From contig JBGQIE010000002.1 in the NCBI GenBank assembly GCA_041498315.1, positions 1-59,171 on the forward strand: a stretch of 59,171 bases of DNA, written 5' to 3'. Both the position numbers and the translations under genes were made by a program. The notes below the pieces were generated by a model, which saw only the letters and a list, made by a program, of their open reading frames with translations, did no database searches and was not told the origin of the DNA. Every line of letters begins with the position of its first letter. Within the stretch, counting starts at the first letter, position 1. The DNA is from Candidatus Eiseniibacteriota bacterium (GTDB taxonomy: Bacteria; Eisenbacteria; RBG-16-71-46). Shown in pieces: positions 45,136 through 58,703 of this stretch.

Positions 45136-47358
45136 TCAGCGGTCGAAGTGGAATGGCCGGCCCGCCCGGTAGTCGGCGAGCTGCTCCGCGTAGCGAACGC
45201 CGGCCACGGAGTCGCGCTCCGCGCGCGCCAGCTCGACGGCGCGAACGCCGGCCCGAACCGCGTCCGAGAACCGGCGTGCCTCGGCATAGGACGCGGCCAG
45301 CGTGCTGTAGAGCACGGCCATCGGCTCCTTGCTCGAGGCGACGGCCTTTTCCGCCATCCGAACGGCCTGGGAGCCGTCGCGGTGCCGGGGATCGGCGTGC
45401 GTGGCGCGAATCCAGGCAATGTTGTTGAGCGCGTCGAGGTCGTCGGGAGTCCGGCGCACCAGCTCGGAGTACTGCGCGATCGCTTCCTCGACGCGCCCCT
45501 CGCGCGTCAGCGCGACCGCGAGCAGCCGCCGGACCCTGGGTTCCGCGGGACGCAGCTCGACGGCCTGGCGCAGGGCGGTCTCCGCTTCGGCGAAGCGGCC
45601 TCGCGTCCCCAGCACCGCGCCAAGCTCGACCAGCGTGGGATAGTGGTCGGGCTCGAGCCGCAGCGCCGCCTGATACTGTTCGATCGCCTCGTCGAACCGG
45701 CCCCGCTTCATGAGCGTGAGCCCGAAGTTGTGGCGGACCACGACCCCGTCGCGCTCCTGGAGGGCCCTGCGGAATTCGGTGATCGCCTCGTCGGTCCGGC
45801 CCAACGCATTCAGCGCGACTGCCATGTTGGCCCGGGTGTAGGGGTACTGCGTGTTCACGCGCAGGACGGCCTGGAAGTGTCCCAGGGCCTCGCCGGGGTG
45901 ACCCGTATTGAGCTGCTCGGTGCCCAGGCAGTGGTGCGCCAGGGGGTTCATGGGGTCGAGCGCGAGCGTGTACGTGAACAGCGTGTGGTTGTTCCTCCAC
46001 AGCGCCACCTGGCGCGCCGTGGCCACGCCCAGGATTCCCAGGATCGAGCACGCGACCGCGACCGCGGCGATCCGGATGGCGCGCGCCTTCGGCAACAGCT
46101 CGTCCAGCGTCCAGACGAGCGCGACGCCGATCCCGATCACGGGCAGGTAGGTGTAGCGGTCCGCGTGGGACTGGATACCCACCTGGACCAGCCCGATGAC
46201 CGGCACGAGCATTCCCACGTACCAGAGCCAGCCCACGAGCAAGTGCGGCCGCGGCCTTGCCTGCCACACGACCAGCGCCGTGACCGCCGCCAGCGCGAAC
46301 GCGGACAGCACGCCGCTCGACACGTCCAGGGTGCCGGTCAGCCGGTACAAGGGCAGAAGCCCGTGCGGCCAGAACGTGAGCCCGATATAGCGCCAGTACG
46401 AGATCGAGGCGTTCACCAGCCGCGCCAGAAGCGGCATGTCGCCGGCATTGACCACGGCCCCGGTGACGCGCTGCACCAGAAACGTGGTCACCGATGAGGC
46501 CACGGCCAGCACGAACAGCGGCCACTTCTCGAGGAGCAGGCCCCCCAGCGAGCGCACCGGCGCCCGCCCGGATCGCGCCCGCGCGTCTCCGCGCCAGCGG
46601 AAGCCCCGCAGCCGTCCGATCGGCCAGATATCCAGCAGCACGAGCACGCACGGCAGCGTGACGAGCATGGGCTTGGCCATCAGGCCCGCAGCGAGGCAGG
46701 TCGCCACCCAGGCGTAGCGCCCGCGCCCGGGATGCTCGGCCCAGCGGGCGTAGGCCAGGAGCGTCAACATGAAGAACAGGCCGCTCAGCACGTCCTTGAG
46801 CTCCGACACCCACGCCACCGACTCGACCCGCAGGGGATGAATCGCGAACAGCGCGGCGACCAGCAGGCTCTTCCACCACGCGCCCGTCAGCCGCGCGAGG
46901 GCGATGGTCAGCAGGAGGGCGCTCGTCGTGTGCAGCGCGAGGCTTACCGCGTGATGCCCGGCAGGATTCAGACCGAACAGCTGGGCGCTCAGCATGTGGA
47001 GCACGGACGTCAGCGGGTGGAAGTTGCCGCCGTGCGGCGCGTGCATGATCCAGCGCAGTCCCGCGAGCGTGAGACCCTGATTGATGTGCGTATTGGTGAT
47101 GATGTAGTCGGGATCGTCGAAGCCGATCCAGCCATTGCGCAGGACGCCCCCGAACGTGGCCAGCGTGGCGGCCGCAAGGGCAATCAGGCCCGCGCGACGC
47201 TCGTGCCGGGCCCAGAAGGAGACGCTCGTCGGGGAGGCTTCGGGCCCGCCGGGCTCGAAGGCGGTGGTCGGTGGTGGCCCGCTCGGGGCGGCCGGCCGGG
47301 ACCTGGTGGCGGGCGGGCGGCCCACAGCAGTAGGGCGGATCCTGGCCATGCGCACCAT
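45136..47358 (-). CDS. TMTC-like membrane glycosyltransferase (GT-C/PMT-type, DUF1736 region) with C-terminal TPR repeats
   Basis: Multi-TM N-terminal half with ...DDPDYIITN..., FHPLTSVLHML, and HPLRVESVAWVSELKDVLSGLFFMLTLLAY. The C-terminal ~300 aa are canonical TPRs (ALGHFQAVLRVNTQYPYTRANMAVALNALGRTDEAI...). Confidence 0.8.
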   Translation of the reverse strand: MVRMARIRPTAVGRPPATRSRPAAPSGPPPTTAFEPGGPEASPTSVSFWARHERRAGLIALAAATLATFGGVLRNGWIGFDDPDYIITNTHINQGLTLAGLRWIMHAPHGGNFHPLTSVLHMLSAQLFGLNPAGHHAVSLALHTTSALLLTIALARLTGAWWKSLLVAALFAIHPLRVESVAWVSELKDVLSGLFFMLTLLAYARWAEHPGRGRYAWVATCLAAGLMAKPMLVTLPCVLVLLDIWPIGRLRGFRWRGDARARSGRAPVRSLGGLLLEKWPLFVLAVASSVTTFLVQRVTGAVVNAGDMPLLARLVNASISYWRYIGLTFWPHGLLPLYRLTGTLDVSSGVLSAFALAAVTALVVWQARPRPHLLVGWLWYVGMLVPVIGLVQVGIQSHADRYTYLPVIGIGVALVWTLDELLPKARAIRIAAVAVACSILGILGVATARQVALWRNNHTLFTYTLALDPMNPLAHHCLGTEQLNTGHPGEALGHFQAVLRVNTQYPYTRANMAVALNALGRTDEAITEFRRALQERDGVVVRHNFGLTLMKRGRFDEAIEQYQAALRLEPDHYPTLVELGAVLGTRGRFAEAETALRQAVELRPAEPRVRRLLAVALTREGRVEEAIAQYSELVRRTPDDLDALNNIAWIRATHADPRHRDGSQAVRMAEKAVASSKEPMAVLYSTLAASYAEARRFSDAVRAGVRAVELARAERDSVAGVRYAEQLADYRAGRPFHFDR

Positions 47359-47379
47359 CCTAACCCAGGACGCGCGCGC

Positions 47380-48153
47380 TCAACCCCGGGCCGCCCGGCC
47401 AGCCCTGATCCAGCCGTAGGCCGCGTTCACCAGCAGGAATACCGCGAACGCGCGCGCCAGCACATCGTGCGGCAGGCTCTGGGCGAACCACGCCGCCACC
47501 GGGCCGCCGAGCGCCGCGCCGACTGCGAGCCCCGGGACCAGGCGGCCCACGAGGTTGCCGTGGCGCGCGTGCTCGAAGGCCCCCGCGGGGGCGGTCACGA
47601 GGATCACGGCGAGCGAGGTGCCCTGGGCCGCCGGCTGGGTCATCCCGAGCAGCAGCGTGAAGGCGGGCACCGCGATGAGCCCGCCGCCCACGCCCATGAA
47701 TCCCGCGAGCAGCCCGACCGCGGCGCCGAGCCCCAGGTCGAGCGCGAGGCCCGGCCAGCCTTGCAGGGTGGGCGTGCCCGAGCCGGTGGGGAGGCGCCAC
47801 AGCAGCCGCAGGGCGACCGCGACCAGGAACAGCGCGAACGCGCGCGCGAGGGCGCGCCTCGAGATCCTGGAGGCCCAGCGCGCTCCGTAGCGCGCCGTGA
47901 CCACGCTCGCGACCGCGACCAGGGCCGCGGTGCCCCAGACTACGTTGCCGTGAGCGGCGTACACGAACACCGAGGCGAGCGCGGTGGCGCCGATCGCGGC
48001 CAGGGAGGTGCCGTGCGCCTGATGCTGGGTGAGCTTGAACGGGCCGGTGAGGATGGGCACCAGTACGATGCCGCCGCCGACGCCGAACAATCCGCCGGCC
48101 AGGCCCGCCGCCGCGCCCGCGAGCGCGGCGCCGGCCTGGTCGCGCACGGTCAT
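47380..48153 (-). CDS. TauE/SafE (TSUP) family anion exporter
   Basis: Two internal repeats, each with the GxGGG motif (GLFGVGGGIVLVP, GFMGVGGGLIAVP). About 8 TM helices. Confidence 0.9.
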   Translation of the reverse strand: MTVRDQAGAALAGAAAGLAGGLFGVGGGIVLVPILTGPFKLTQHQAHGTSLAAIGATALASVFVYAAHGNVVWGTAALVAVASVVTARYGARWASRISRRALARAFALFLVAVALRLLWRLPTGSGTPTLQGWPGLALDLGLGAAVGLLAGFMGVGGGLIAVPAFTLLLGMTQPAAQGTSLAVILVTAPAGAFEHARHGNLVGRLVPGLAVGAALGGPVAAWFAQSLPHDVLARAFAVFLLVNAAYGWIRAGRAARG

Positions 48154-48162
48154 GGGGCGGGG

Positions 48163-49125
48163 CTAGGAGTGAGGCGTCGTGGCGCTGGGCGGGCCGGTGT
48201 ACTGAAGCAGGCGCACGACGTCGGCGAAGCGCGTGGCGTTGGTGGGCGCACCCAGCACGACGGCGATCAGGTCGTGGCCGCGGGCGTGCACCCAGGTCGC
48301 CAGGCAGTAGCCGGCCTCGAGGATGAACCCGGTCTTGCCGCAGTTCACTTCGATCGAGCGGCTGTGGAGCAGCCGGTTCGTATTCGCGATCCGATGCCGC
48401 ACCAGACCGCGCCGCGTGGTCCGGGCGGCCGCGAACTGGTAGGAAGTCGTGGTTGTGATGTCCCGGATCAGGGCGTTGTCCGCCGCCACCTGCAGGAGCT
48501 TCGCGATGTCGGCCGCGGTCGAGACGTTGCGCTCGTCGAGTCCGGTGACTTCGACGTAATGCGTGTGTTCGAGCCCCAGCTCGTGGGCCTTGCGGTTCAT
48601 GCGGTCGATGAAGTCGTCCAGCTCGAGGCCCGAAGCGCGCACCAGCACCCGGGTCGCCGCGTTGTCCGAGCACATCAGGCTCATGTGGAACAGATCGTAG
48701 AGCGGGACCGACTCGTGGTTCTTGAGCTGGGTGTGACCGGCGCCGTGCAGGTCGGCGGGCGTGACCTCGATCGGGCGCCGCAGATCGGGGTTCTGCTCCA
48801 GGAACACGATCGCGGTCATCAGCTTGGTGAGGCTCGCGATCGGCGCGGGGGTCTCGGCGTTCTTCTGATAGAGCACGGAGTCCGTGGTGGGATCCAGCAG
48901 GATGGCGTTGCGCGCATACACCACCCCGCCGGGCGGGCGCCGCATGCGGCGGGCGCGCCGGAGCGCGGTGCGTCTGACCGGTCGGTGGGTGGCGGAGAGC
49001 CCTGTGGGCGCGGAGCGGGACGAGGGGTGCGAGGGCGCGGGCGTGGCGGCGACCGTCATGGTCGGGCACGCCATCAGCAGGAGCAGGAGCAGGGCTCCGC
49101 CGCGGCGCAGGGCCGGATACTGCAT
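48163..49125 (-). CDS. D-alanyl-D-alanine carboxypeptidase/endopeptidase (S11, low-MW PBP)
   Basis: SxxK (ASLTKLMT), SxN (CSDNAAT) and KTG (CGKTGF), plus a signal peptide. GGGAGG lies upstream. Confidence 0.88.
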   Translation of the reverse strand: MQYPALRRGGALLLLLLMACPTMTVAATPAPSHPSSRSAPTGLSATHRPVRRTALRRARRMRRPPGGVVYARNAILLDPTTDSVLYQKNAETPAPIASLTKLMTAIVFLEQNPDLRRPIEVTPADLHGAGHTQLKNHESVPLYDLFHMSLMCSDNAATRVLVRASGLELDDFIDRMNRKAHELGLEHTHYVEVTGLDERNVSTAADIAKLLQVAADNALIRDITTTTSYQFAAARTTRRGLVRHRIANTNRLLHSRSIEVNCGKTGFILEAGYCLATWVHARGHDLIAVVLGAPTNATRFADVVRLLQYTGPPSATTPHS

Positions 49126-49280
49126 GGATACCTCCCAGGGGGGCCCGATCCGGGCCTTGAGACCGTACCTTCCTTGATACGGAACGAGGAGGCCTCGACT
49201 TTAGCGAGTTCGTCCGCGCCGCGTCAATGACTGCCAGGTCAATTGTTTGTGGCTCGTCCGGGCCGCGGAGGGCGGGGGCG

Positions 49281-49661
49281 TCAGTGGAAGCGTGATTCGC
49301 CCGCGTCCGCGACGCCGGCGAGCGTGCCCAGCAGTCGCGGCCAGTCCGCCGACCGGCAGAAGCCCTCGACGGCCAGATCGGCCGTCACGTCGGGCGCGGG
49401 CTCGAGCGAGCCCTCGTGCAGCGCCACGACGATGGCGTGCCCGCGGCGCCGGTTGAGCGCCTCGACCCGGTCGCGGGTGAGCCCGGTCCCATGGACCAGA
49501 TCGACGAGGATGACATCGGGACCCCGGCCCGGGCCGCGCAGCGGGGCTCCGCGCCCGGGGATGCGCACCCGGACACCGCGGCGCCGGAGCGTGCGCACCA
49601 TGAGCTGGTGCGCATCAGGCTGGGCGCTCAGGAGCATCACCTCGCCGTGGCTGCGGGACAT
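49281..49661 (-). CDS. Receiver-like (degenerate CheY-fold) protein
   Basis: Third-position G/C is 18/20 over 49321-49380. The pattern VMLLSAQPD...PDVILVDL...AIVVALHEG...EGFCRS resembles a REC domain, but the acidic pair, the Thr/Ser and the Lys positions are substituted. Its start shares a base with the upstream stop (TAATG at 49659-49663). Confidence 0.55.
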   Translation of the reverse strand: MSRSHGEVMLLSAQPDAHQLMVRTLRRRGVRVRIPGRGAPLRGPGRGPDVILVDLVHGTGLTRDRVEALNRRRGHAIVVALHEGSLEPAPDVTADLAVEGFCRSADWPRLLGTLAGVADAGESRFH

Positions 49662-50317
49662 TACGCCGAGGCCTTCTCGAGCTGGATGCGGAGCTTGTCC
49701 AGGCAGTCGAAGAGCGGAGCCAGGAACCGCCCCGCCTCCACCTCGGTCGCCAGGTCGGCATCATTCCCGGTCACGAGGCGCCAGCGGCACAGGCCTGCCG
49801 CCGTGCCCTCGGTGCGGGAGACCAGCTCGAGCATGAGGCGCTGGGTGCCGGGCGAAAGGCTCCCGATCGCATCGACGAACAGGGTGCCGCCCGCGGCCTG
49901 GCGGATCGGATTTTCATTCGCCGCACCCGCCGCCGAGAGAAACTCCTGGAGGGCCATGGACAGCACCGTCTCGTCGCGGCCGGCTTCCACGCGTACGAAC
50001 GCCCCGGCGTGATGGGGGCTCTGGCGGTGAAGCGCGCGGGCGAGCTGTGTGCGGTCCTCGGGGGATCCCCCCAGGATGAGCACGGACGTCAGGCCATTCC
50101 GGTGAAGCCAAAGATGATGCGCGGAGGGCCAAGCGGTCGAGGCCCCCCGCGCCTGCTGCGACACGGAGGGCGAAGCGGTAGACGCCCTCCGTGCCTGTCG
50201 CGCCGCGAGAGGCCGAGCGGTGGAGGCCTCCTGCGGGTCACGCCACACGAGAGGCCGAGCGGTGGCCCCGCGTGTGTCCTGCTCCGCCCGCGTCCGAGCG
50301 GTGGACGCTGGCGGCAT
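49661..50317 (-). CDS. Degenerate sigma-54-activator-like AAA+ domain protein (pseudo-ATPase); start uncertain
   Basis: Third-position G/C is 19/20 over 49681-49740. VLILGGSPEDRTQLARALH...FVRV...AAGGTLFVDAIGSL...RLVTGNDADLATEVEAGRFLAPLFDCLDKLRI is collinear with the EBP AAA+ core. However, Walker A is GGSPEDRT rather than GESGTGKE, Walker B is DAIG rather than DEIG, and there is no GAFTGA loop. The N-terminal boundary may lie anywhere between about 50083 and 50392 and depends on whether the repeat array is translated. Confidence 0.5.
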   Translation of the reverse strand: MPPASTARTRAEQDTRGATARPLVWRDPQEASTARPLAARQARRASTASPSVSQQARGASTAWPSAHHLWLHRNGLTSVLILGGSPEDRTQLARALHRQSPHHAGAFVRVEAGRDETVLSMALQEFLSAAGAANENPIRQAAGGTLFVDAIGSLSPGTQRLMLELVSRTEGTAAGLCRWRLVTGNDADLATEVEAGRFLAPLFDCLDKLRIQLEKASA

Positions 50318-50346
50318 GTTCAGGGCGTTGGGCCGAGCGGCGGCCC
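50123..50346 (-). repeat. Array of six 39/42-nt tandem units, each forming a hairpin with a conserved CCGCT-containing loop
   Basis: Units on + coordinates: 50123-50148, 50165-50190, 50209-50230, 50251-50269, 50290-50308, 50330-50346. On the minus strand the stems are GGGGGGCC/GGCCCUCC, GGAGGGCG/CGCCCUCC, GAGGCC/GGCCUC, GGGGCC/GGCCUC, GCGUCC/GGACGC and GGGCC/GGCCC. The loops are UC(G/U/C)ACCGCU(U/C) or (A/G)CCGCUC. Core-to-core spacing is 42, 42, 42, 39, 39 nt. Confidence 0.75.
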
Positions 50347-50370
50347 CCCACCCCTCTCGCTGGAGCGAGC

Positions 50371-50709
50371 TCAGAAGCGCTTTCGCCACCATGCCGACCG
50401 CACGGTGCCGCGCTGCGCGAAGGTCACCGCGGGCGCCTGGCGGTTCTCCAACTGGCTCCGGAGCGGCGCGAGCCAGCGGTAGGCCGCGAGGCTGGCGCTG
50501 AACTGGAGCGGCAGGCCCAGGCGGAGCGATCCGAGATCGAACGACGAGGTCTGGCTGGCCGGAGACACGGCATCGAGCGTGGGCGCCGGGGCGATGCAAT
50601 GCGGAGGGACGTCCTCTCCCATCTGCGCACGTGCAGCCGAAGCGGTCGTGGCGATCACGGCACAGGTCATCAGGACAGCGGCGAGAGAGGTTCGGCGACC
50701 GGCTGACAT
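50371..50709 (-). CDS. Small secreted protein (112 aa), unknown function
   Basis: Third-position G/C is 20/20 over 50401-50460. GGAGGG is 5 nt upstream of the ATG at 50709. Signal peptide MSAGRRTSLAAVLMTCAVIATTASAARA. C-terminus ...RSAWWRKRF. The upstream in-frame ATG at 50781 has weaker periodicity (17/24) and no RBS. Confidence 0.65.
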   Translation of the reverse strand: MSAGRRTSLAAVLMTCAVIATTASAARAQMGEDVPPHCIAPAPTLDAVSPASQTSSFDLGSLRLGLPLQFSASLAAYRWLAPLRSQLENRQAPAVTFAQRGTVRSAWWRKRF

Positions 50710-50760
50710 TGGAGCCCTCCGTCTGGCAATGGACTTCGACCAGTGACGTGGGCTCCATAT

Positions 50761-50776
50761 CGCGAGGAACGTGCCG
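50761..50776 (-). promoter_or_regulatory. Candidate sigma-54 (-24/-12) promoter for the small secreted protein gene
   Basis: The minus strand reads cGGCACGttccTCGCg. GGCACG matches the -24 element, the GC lies exactly 10 nt after the GG, and the element ends ~52 nt upstream of the ATG at 50709. Confidence 0.4.
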
Positions 50777-50791
50777 TTCATCGCGCCGCGG

Positions 50792-50804
50792 AATCAAATC
50801 GTTA
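50792..50804 (+). promoter_or_regulatory. IHF-consensus-like site between the palindrome and the -24/-12 element
   Basis: AATCAAatcgTTA matches WATCAANNNNTTR. It sits in the AT-richest part of the spacer. Confidence 0.25.
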
Positions 50805-50890
50805 AGTCGTTGCTAAAAATACAAATAGGTGACATCGCCCAACGATTTCTAACGTGCCGTTGCAGCCCGCAATTCGCCAGAAACAGCGAA

Positions 50891-50912
50891 TGCGACCATC
50901 ATTATGGCCGCA
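50891..50912. promoter_or_regulatory. Imperfect 22-bp palindrome, candidate enhancer (UAS) site
   Basis: TGCGACC-atcattat-GGCCGCA: 6 of 7 positions are symmetric. It lies ~125 bp upstream of the candidate -24 element and 30 bp after the stop of the activator gene. Confidence 0.3.
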
Positions 50913-50940
50913 TCATGCGTATTTTCAATAGATTGTAGTC

Positions 50941-56015
<5,075 letters not shown>

Positions 56016-56019
<4 letters not shown>

Positions 56020-57815
56020 GGGAGCCTCTGGGGGAGCCTCTGGGGCGTACCCCCCGGCACGCTTCCGGCGGCGGGGGTGACGCCCGCCAGCTCGTGCAGC
56101 AGCGCCTCGCGCACCACCGGCAGTGGGGAGGGGCCCTGGGCCAGGAACGCGTCGTGGAACGCCTTGAGATCGAAGCGCGGCCCCAGGCGCTGCTTGAGCT
56201 CCTCGCGCAGCTCGAGGATGCGCCATTTGCCGAGCGAGTACACGAGGTAGGTGGGATCGAGCGCGCCGCGGCGCGCCTCGCGCTCGGCGTTGACCGGCGC
56301 CATGTAGCATTGCTCCTCGAACACCCGCACCGCCTCCTCGTAGCTCATGTCCTGCGTGTGGAGCGACAGCCCCACGATCAGGCGCCCGAGCCGCTGGGCC
56401 GCGAGCGAGAGCTGCGCCAGCTCGTAGCGCGGGTCGCCGCCGCCATAGCCCTGCTCGATCGCGAGCTGCTCGCAGTAGTGCGCCCAGCCCTCGGTGTTCG
56501 AGCCCGAGCCGAGCGCCTGGCGGAGCCGCGAAGGCGCGCGCTTGAGCGCCAGGAACTGATAGTAGTGGCCCGGGATAGCCTCGTGAATCGAGACGATGTC
56601 CGAGGACCAGCGGTTGAAGAACCCCAGGTGATCGAGCTTCTGGCGCTCGCTCCACGCCGGGTCCACCGGGGTCACGTTGAAGTAGGCCTCGGTGGCGCGG
56701 GTCTCCCACACGCCGGGCGGATCCATCGAGGCGAACGAGGTGGCGCGGCGGAAGGGCGGCGTCTCGCGGACGATCAGGTGCTCCGAGGGCGGCGGCGTCA
56801 CCAGCCTGCGGTCGCGCACGAACGCCCGGATGCGCGCCAGCCCGTCCTGCACCGTGGCGACCAGGCTCGCGGCGTCCGGATGGTCGCGCGCCAGCGAGTC
56901 GAGCGCCGCCGCGACCCCGGCCCCCGGGGCGATCGACTCGGCCAGGTGCTCCATGCGCGCGCGCGTCGCCGCCAGCTCGCGCCGCCCGCGCGCGAGCAGG
57001 CTCTCGACCGGAGTGGTCTCCATCTCCTCGCAGGCGAGCTTGCGCTGGTAGACCTCGCGCCCGAGCCGATAGTCGCCGTCCGAGCGCGGCAGCAGGCCGG
57101 TGCGCATCCAGTCGATGAACGACTCGACCGCCCGCACCGCGGCGGTGTCGGCGACCGCGAGATCGCCCTCGAGCGCCGGCGCATGGCACTCGGTCGCGAA
57201 CGCCGGCACCTGCTCGCGGTAGATGCGCAGCACTCCCTCGAACTGGCCGATCGCGACCTCGGTGGTGAGCCGCGGCGGATGGCGCAGGTTGACCTGGGCG
57301 GCACGCAGCACCTCGGGCACCTGGCGCAGGCGGCGGACGACCGCGATCTCGCGCTCGCACGCCGAGGCGAACCGGCGCTGGAGCAGCGACTGGATCGACC
57401 CGGCGATCAGGTCGAGGTAGGCGTTGGGGTTGGTCTCCCATGTCCGCACGACCTCCAGGTCGAGCAGCTCGCGCTCGAGGCGCGCCGACAGCACCTCGTC
57501 GTCGAGCTGATGATTGAACGACAGCTCGGCGCGCCGGATCGTGCCGAGTCGCGCCTGCAGGTCGTGCAGCCAGGCGGCGTCCCGGGTCAGCGTCGCCTGG
57601 GTGACGACGCGCAGCTCGCGATCGTGCCCGTGGAGGCCGAGCCGGGTCGCGGTCTGCGGATGGCGCGCGAGCCAGCCGTCGAGGAACTCGTCGGCGAGCC
57701 GCTGGAAGCGGGCATCCGCGTCGCCCGCCCGCGCCGGCGGGCACGCGGCGAGGACCGCCGCGAGCAGCCCCGCGAGCACCAGGACCGGCAGCCTGCGCGG
57801 GATGAGGTGGCGCAT
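56016..57815 (-). CDS. DUF885-family protein (metallopeptidase-like), secreted
   Basis: Signal peptide MRHLIPRRLPVLVLAGLLAAVLAACPPARA. DUF885 hallmark SIHEAIPGHYYQ plus ...NTEGWAHYCEQL. The stop overlaps the start of the giant regulator (ATGA at 56016-56019). Confidence 0.85.
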
Positions 57816-57841
57816 GGGCGCAGCCCCCGGGTGGTCCGGGG

Positions 57842-58570
57842 TCAGCTCCTGGGGATCACGTCCGTCACCAGGGACAGCGGGTCGCCCACCTTGAGCGGTC
57901 CCGTGGACAGGTAGGCCGCGCCGTAACGGGCGCCGATCTGCCAGCCCCAGTTGCGGGCGGAGGCGTCGAAGAGCTCGCGCACGTGCGGCTGGTTCGCGTG
58001 GCGCGGCCGCTCGGGGTGATGGAACTGGCTCTGGTGGCAGTCGAGCGCCGCGATCCAGTCGTCGAACTGGTCGCTGACGTCCACGATGAACGTCGGCACC
58101 GTCCCGGGCGGCAGGAAGTAGTAGTAGATCGCCTTGGCCTGGTAGGCCTCGCCCGGCACCGGCGCCTTGCGCAGGTGGGCGAGGTTGTAGGCGTTGGAGA
58201 CGAGCTGGCCGGTCTTGTAGTGATCGTTGTGCCCGAGCCCGCGCCCGATCGGCAGGTTGTAGTAGGGCGCGAAGACGATCTGCGGCCGGTGCTTGCGGAT
58301 GACGCCCGCCACCTTGCAGCGATTCTCGAACGTGTCCTCGATGCGGCAGTCGCCCAGGTCGAGGTTCTCGCGCACGTCGAGCTTGAGGATGCGCGCGGCA
58401 TCGGCGCACTCCTTGAGCCGGATCTCGGGCGTGCCCCACCCCATGTCGCCGGTCGTCATGTCGATGATGCCGGTCGAGTGGCCGAGGCCCTTCACCTTGA
58501 GGAGCATCGCGCCGCAGCCGATCTCGGCGTCGTCGGGATGCGGGCCAAACGCGAGAAAATCCACCGGCAT
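57842..58570 (-). CDS. PIG-L/LmbE-family N-acetylglucosaminyl deacetylase (BshB-like)
   Basis: AFGPHPDDAEIGCGA, HNDHYKTG, and CHQSQF are LmbE-family zinc-site motifs. Confidence 0.88.
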   Translation of the reverse strand: MPVDFLAFGPHPDDAEIGCGAMLLKVKGLGHSTGIIDMTTGDMGWGTPEIRLKECADAARILKLDVRENLDLGDCRIEDTFENRCKVAGVIRKHRPQIVFAPYYNLPIGRGLGHNDHYKTGQLVSNAYNLAHLRKAPVPGEAYQAKAIYYYFLPPGTVPTFIVDVSDQFDDWIAALDCHQSQFHHPERPRHANQPHVRELFDASARNWGWQIGARYGAAYLSTGPLKVGDPLSLVTDVIPRS

Positions 58571-58703
58571 GTCGGGGATCTCCGAGGGCGAGCGAAACCG
58601 GGTGAACGCGCGGGCCCGCCGCTCGGGCTACCCCGCGCGGCGGGTCGGAGTATCATAGCCACGGCTCGGGGGGGTGACAACCGCGCGGGCGCCAGGAGGC
58701 TCC

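Noticed and set aside
50123-50346. The repeat array considered as a CRISPR locus.
   Set aside because: The repeat cores are only ~20 nt and differ from one another. The 18-21-nt 'spacers' are themselves related to each other. The period is ~40 nt, and there are no cas genes in the window.
50710-50781. The upstream in-frame ATG at 50781 considered as the start of the small secreted protein.
   Set aside because: It has no Shine-Dalgarno sequence and weaker third-position G/C (17/24, against 20/20 downstream). It would place the signal peptide internally and overlap the candidate -24/-12 element.
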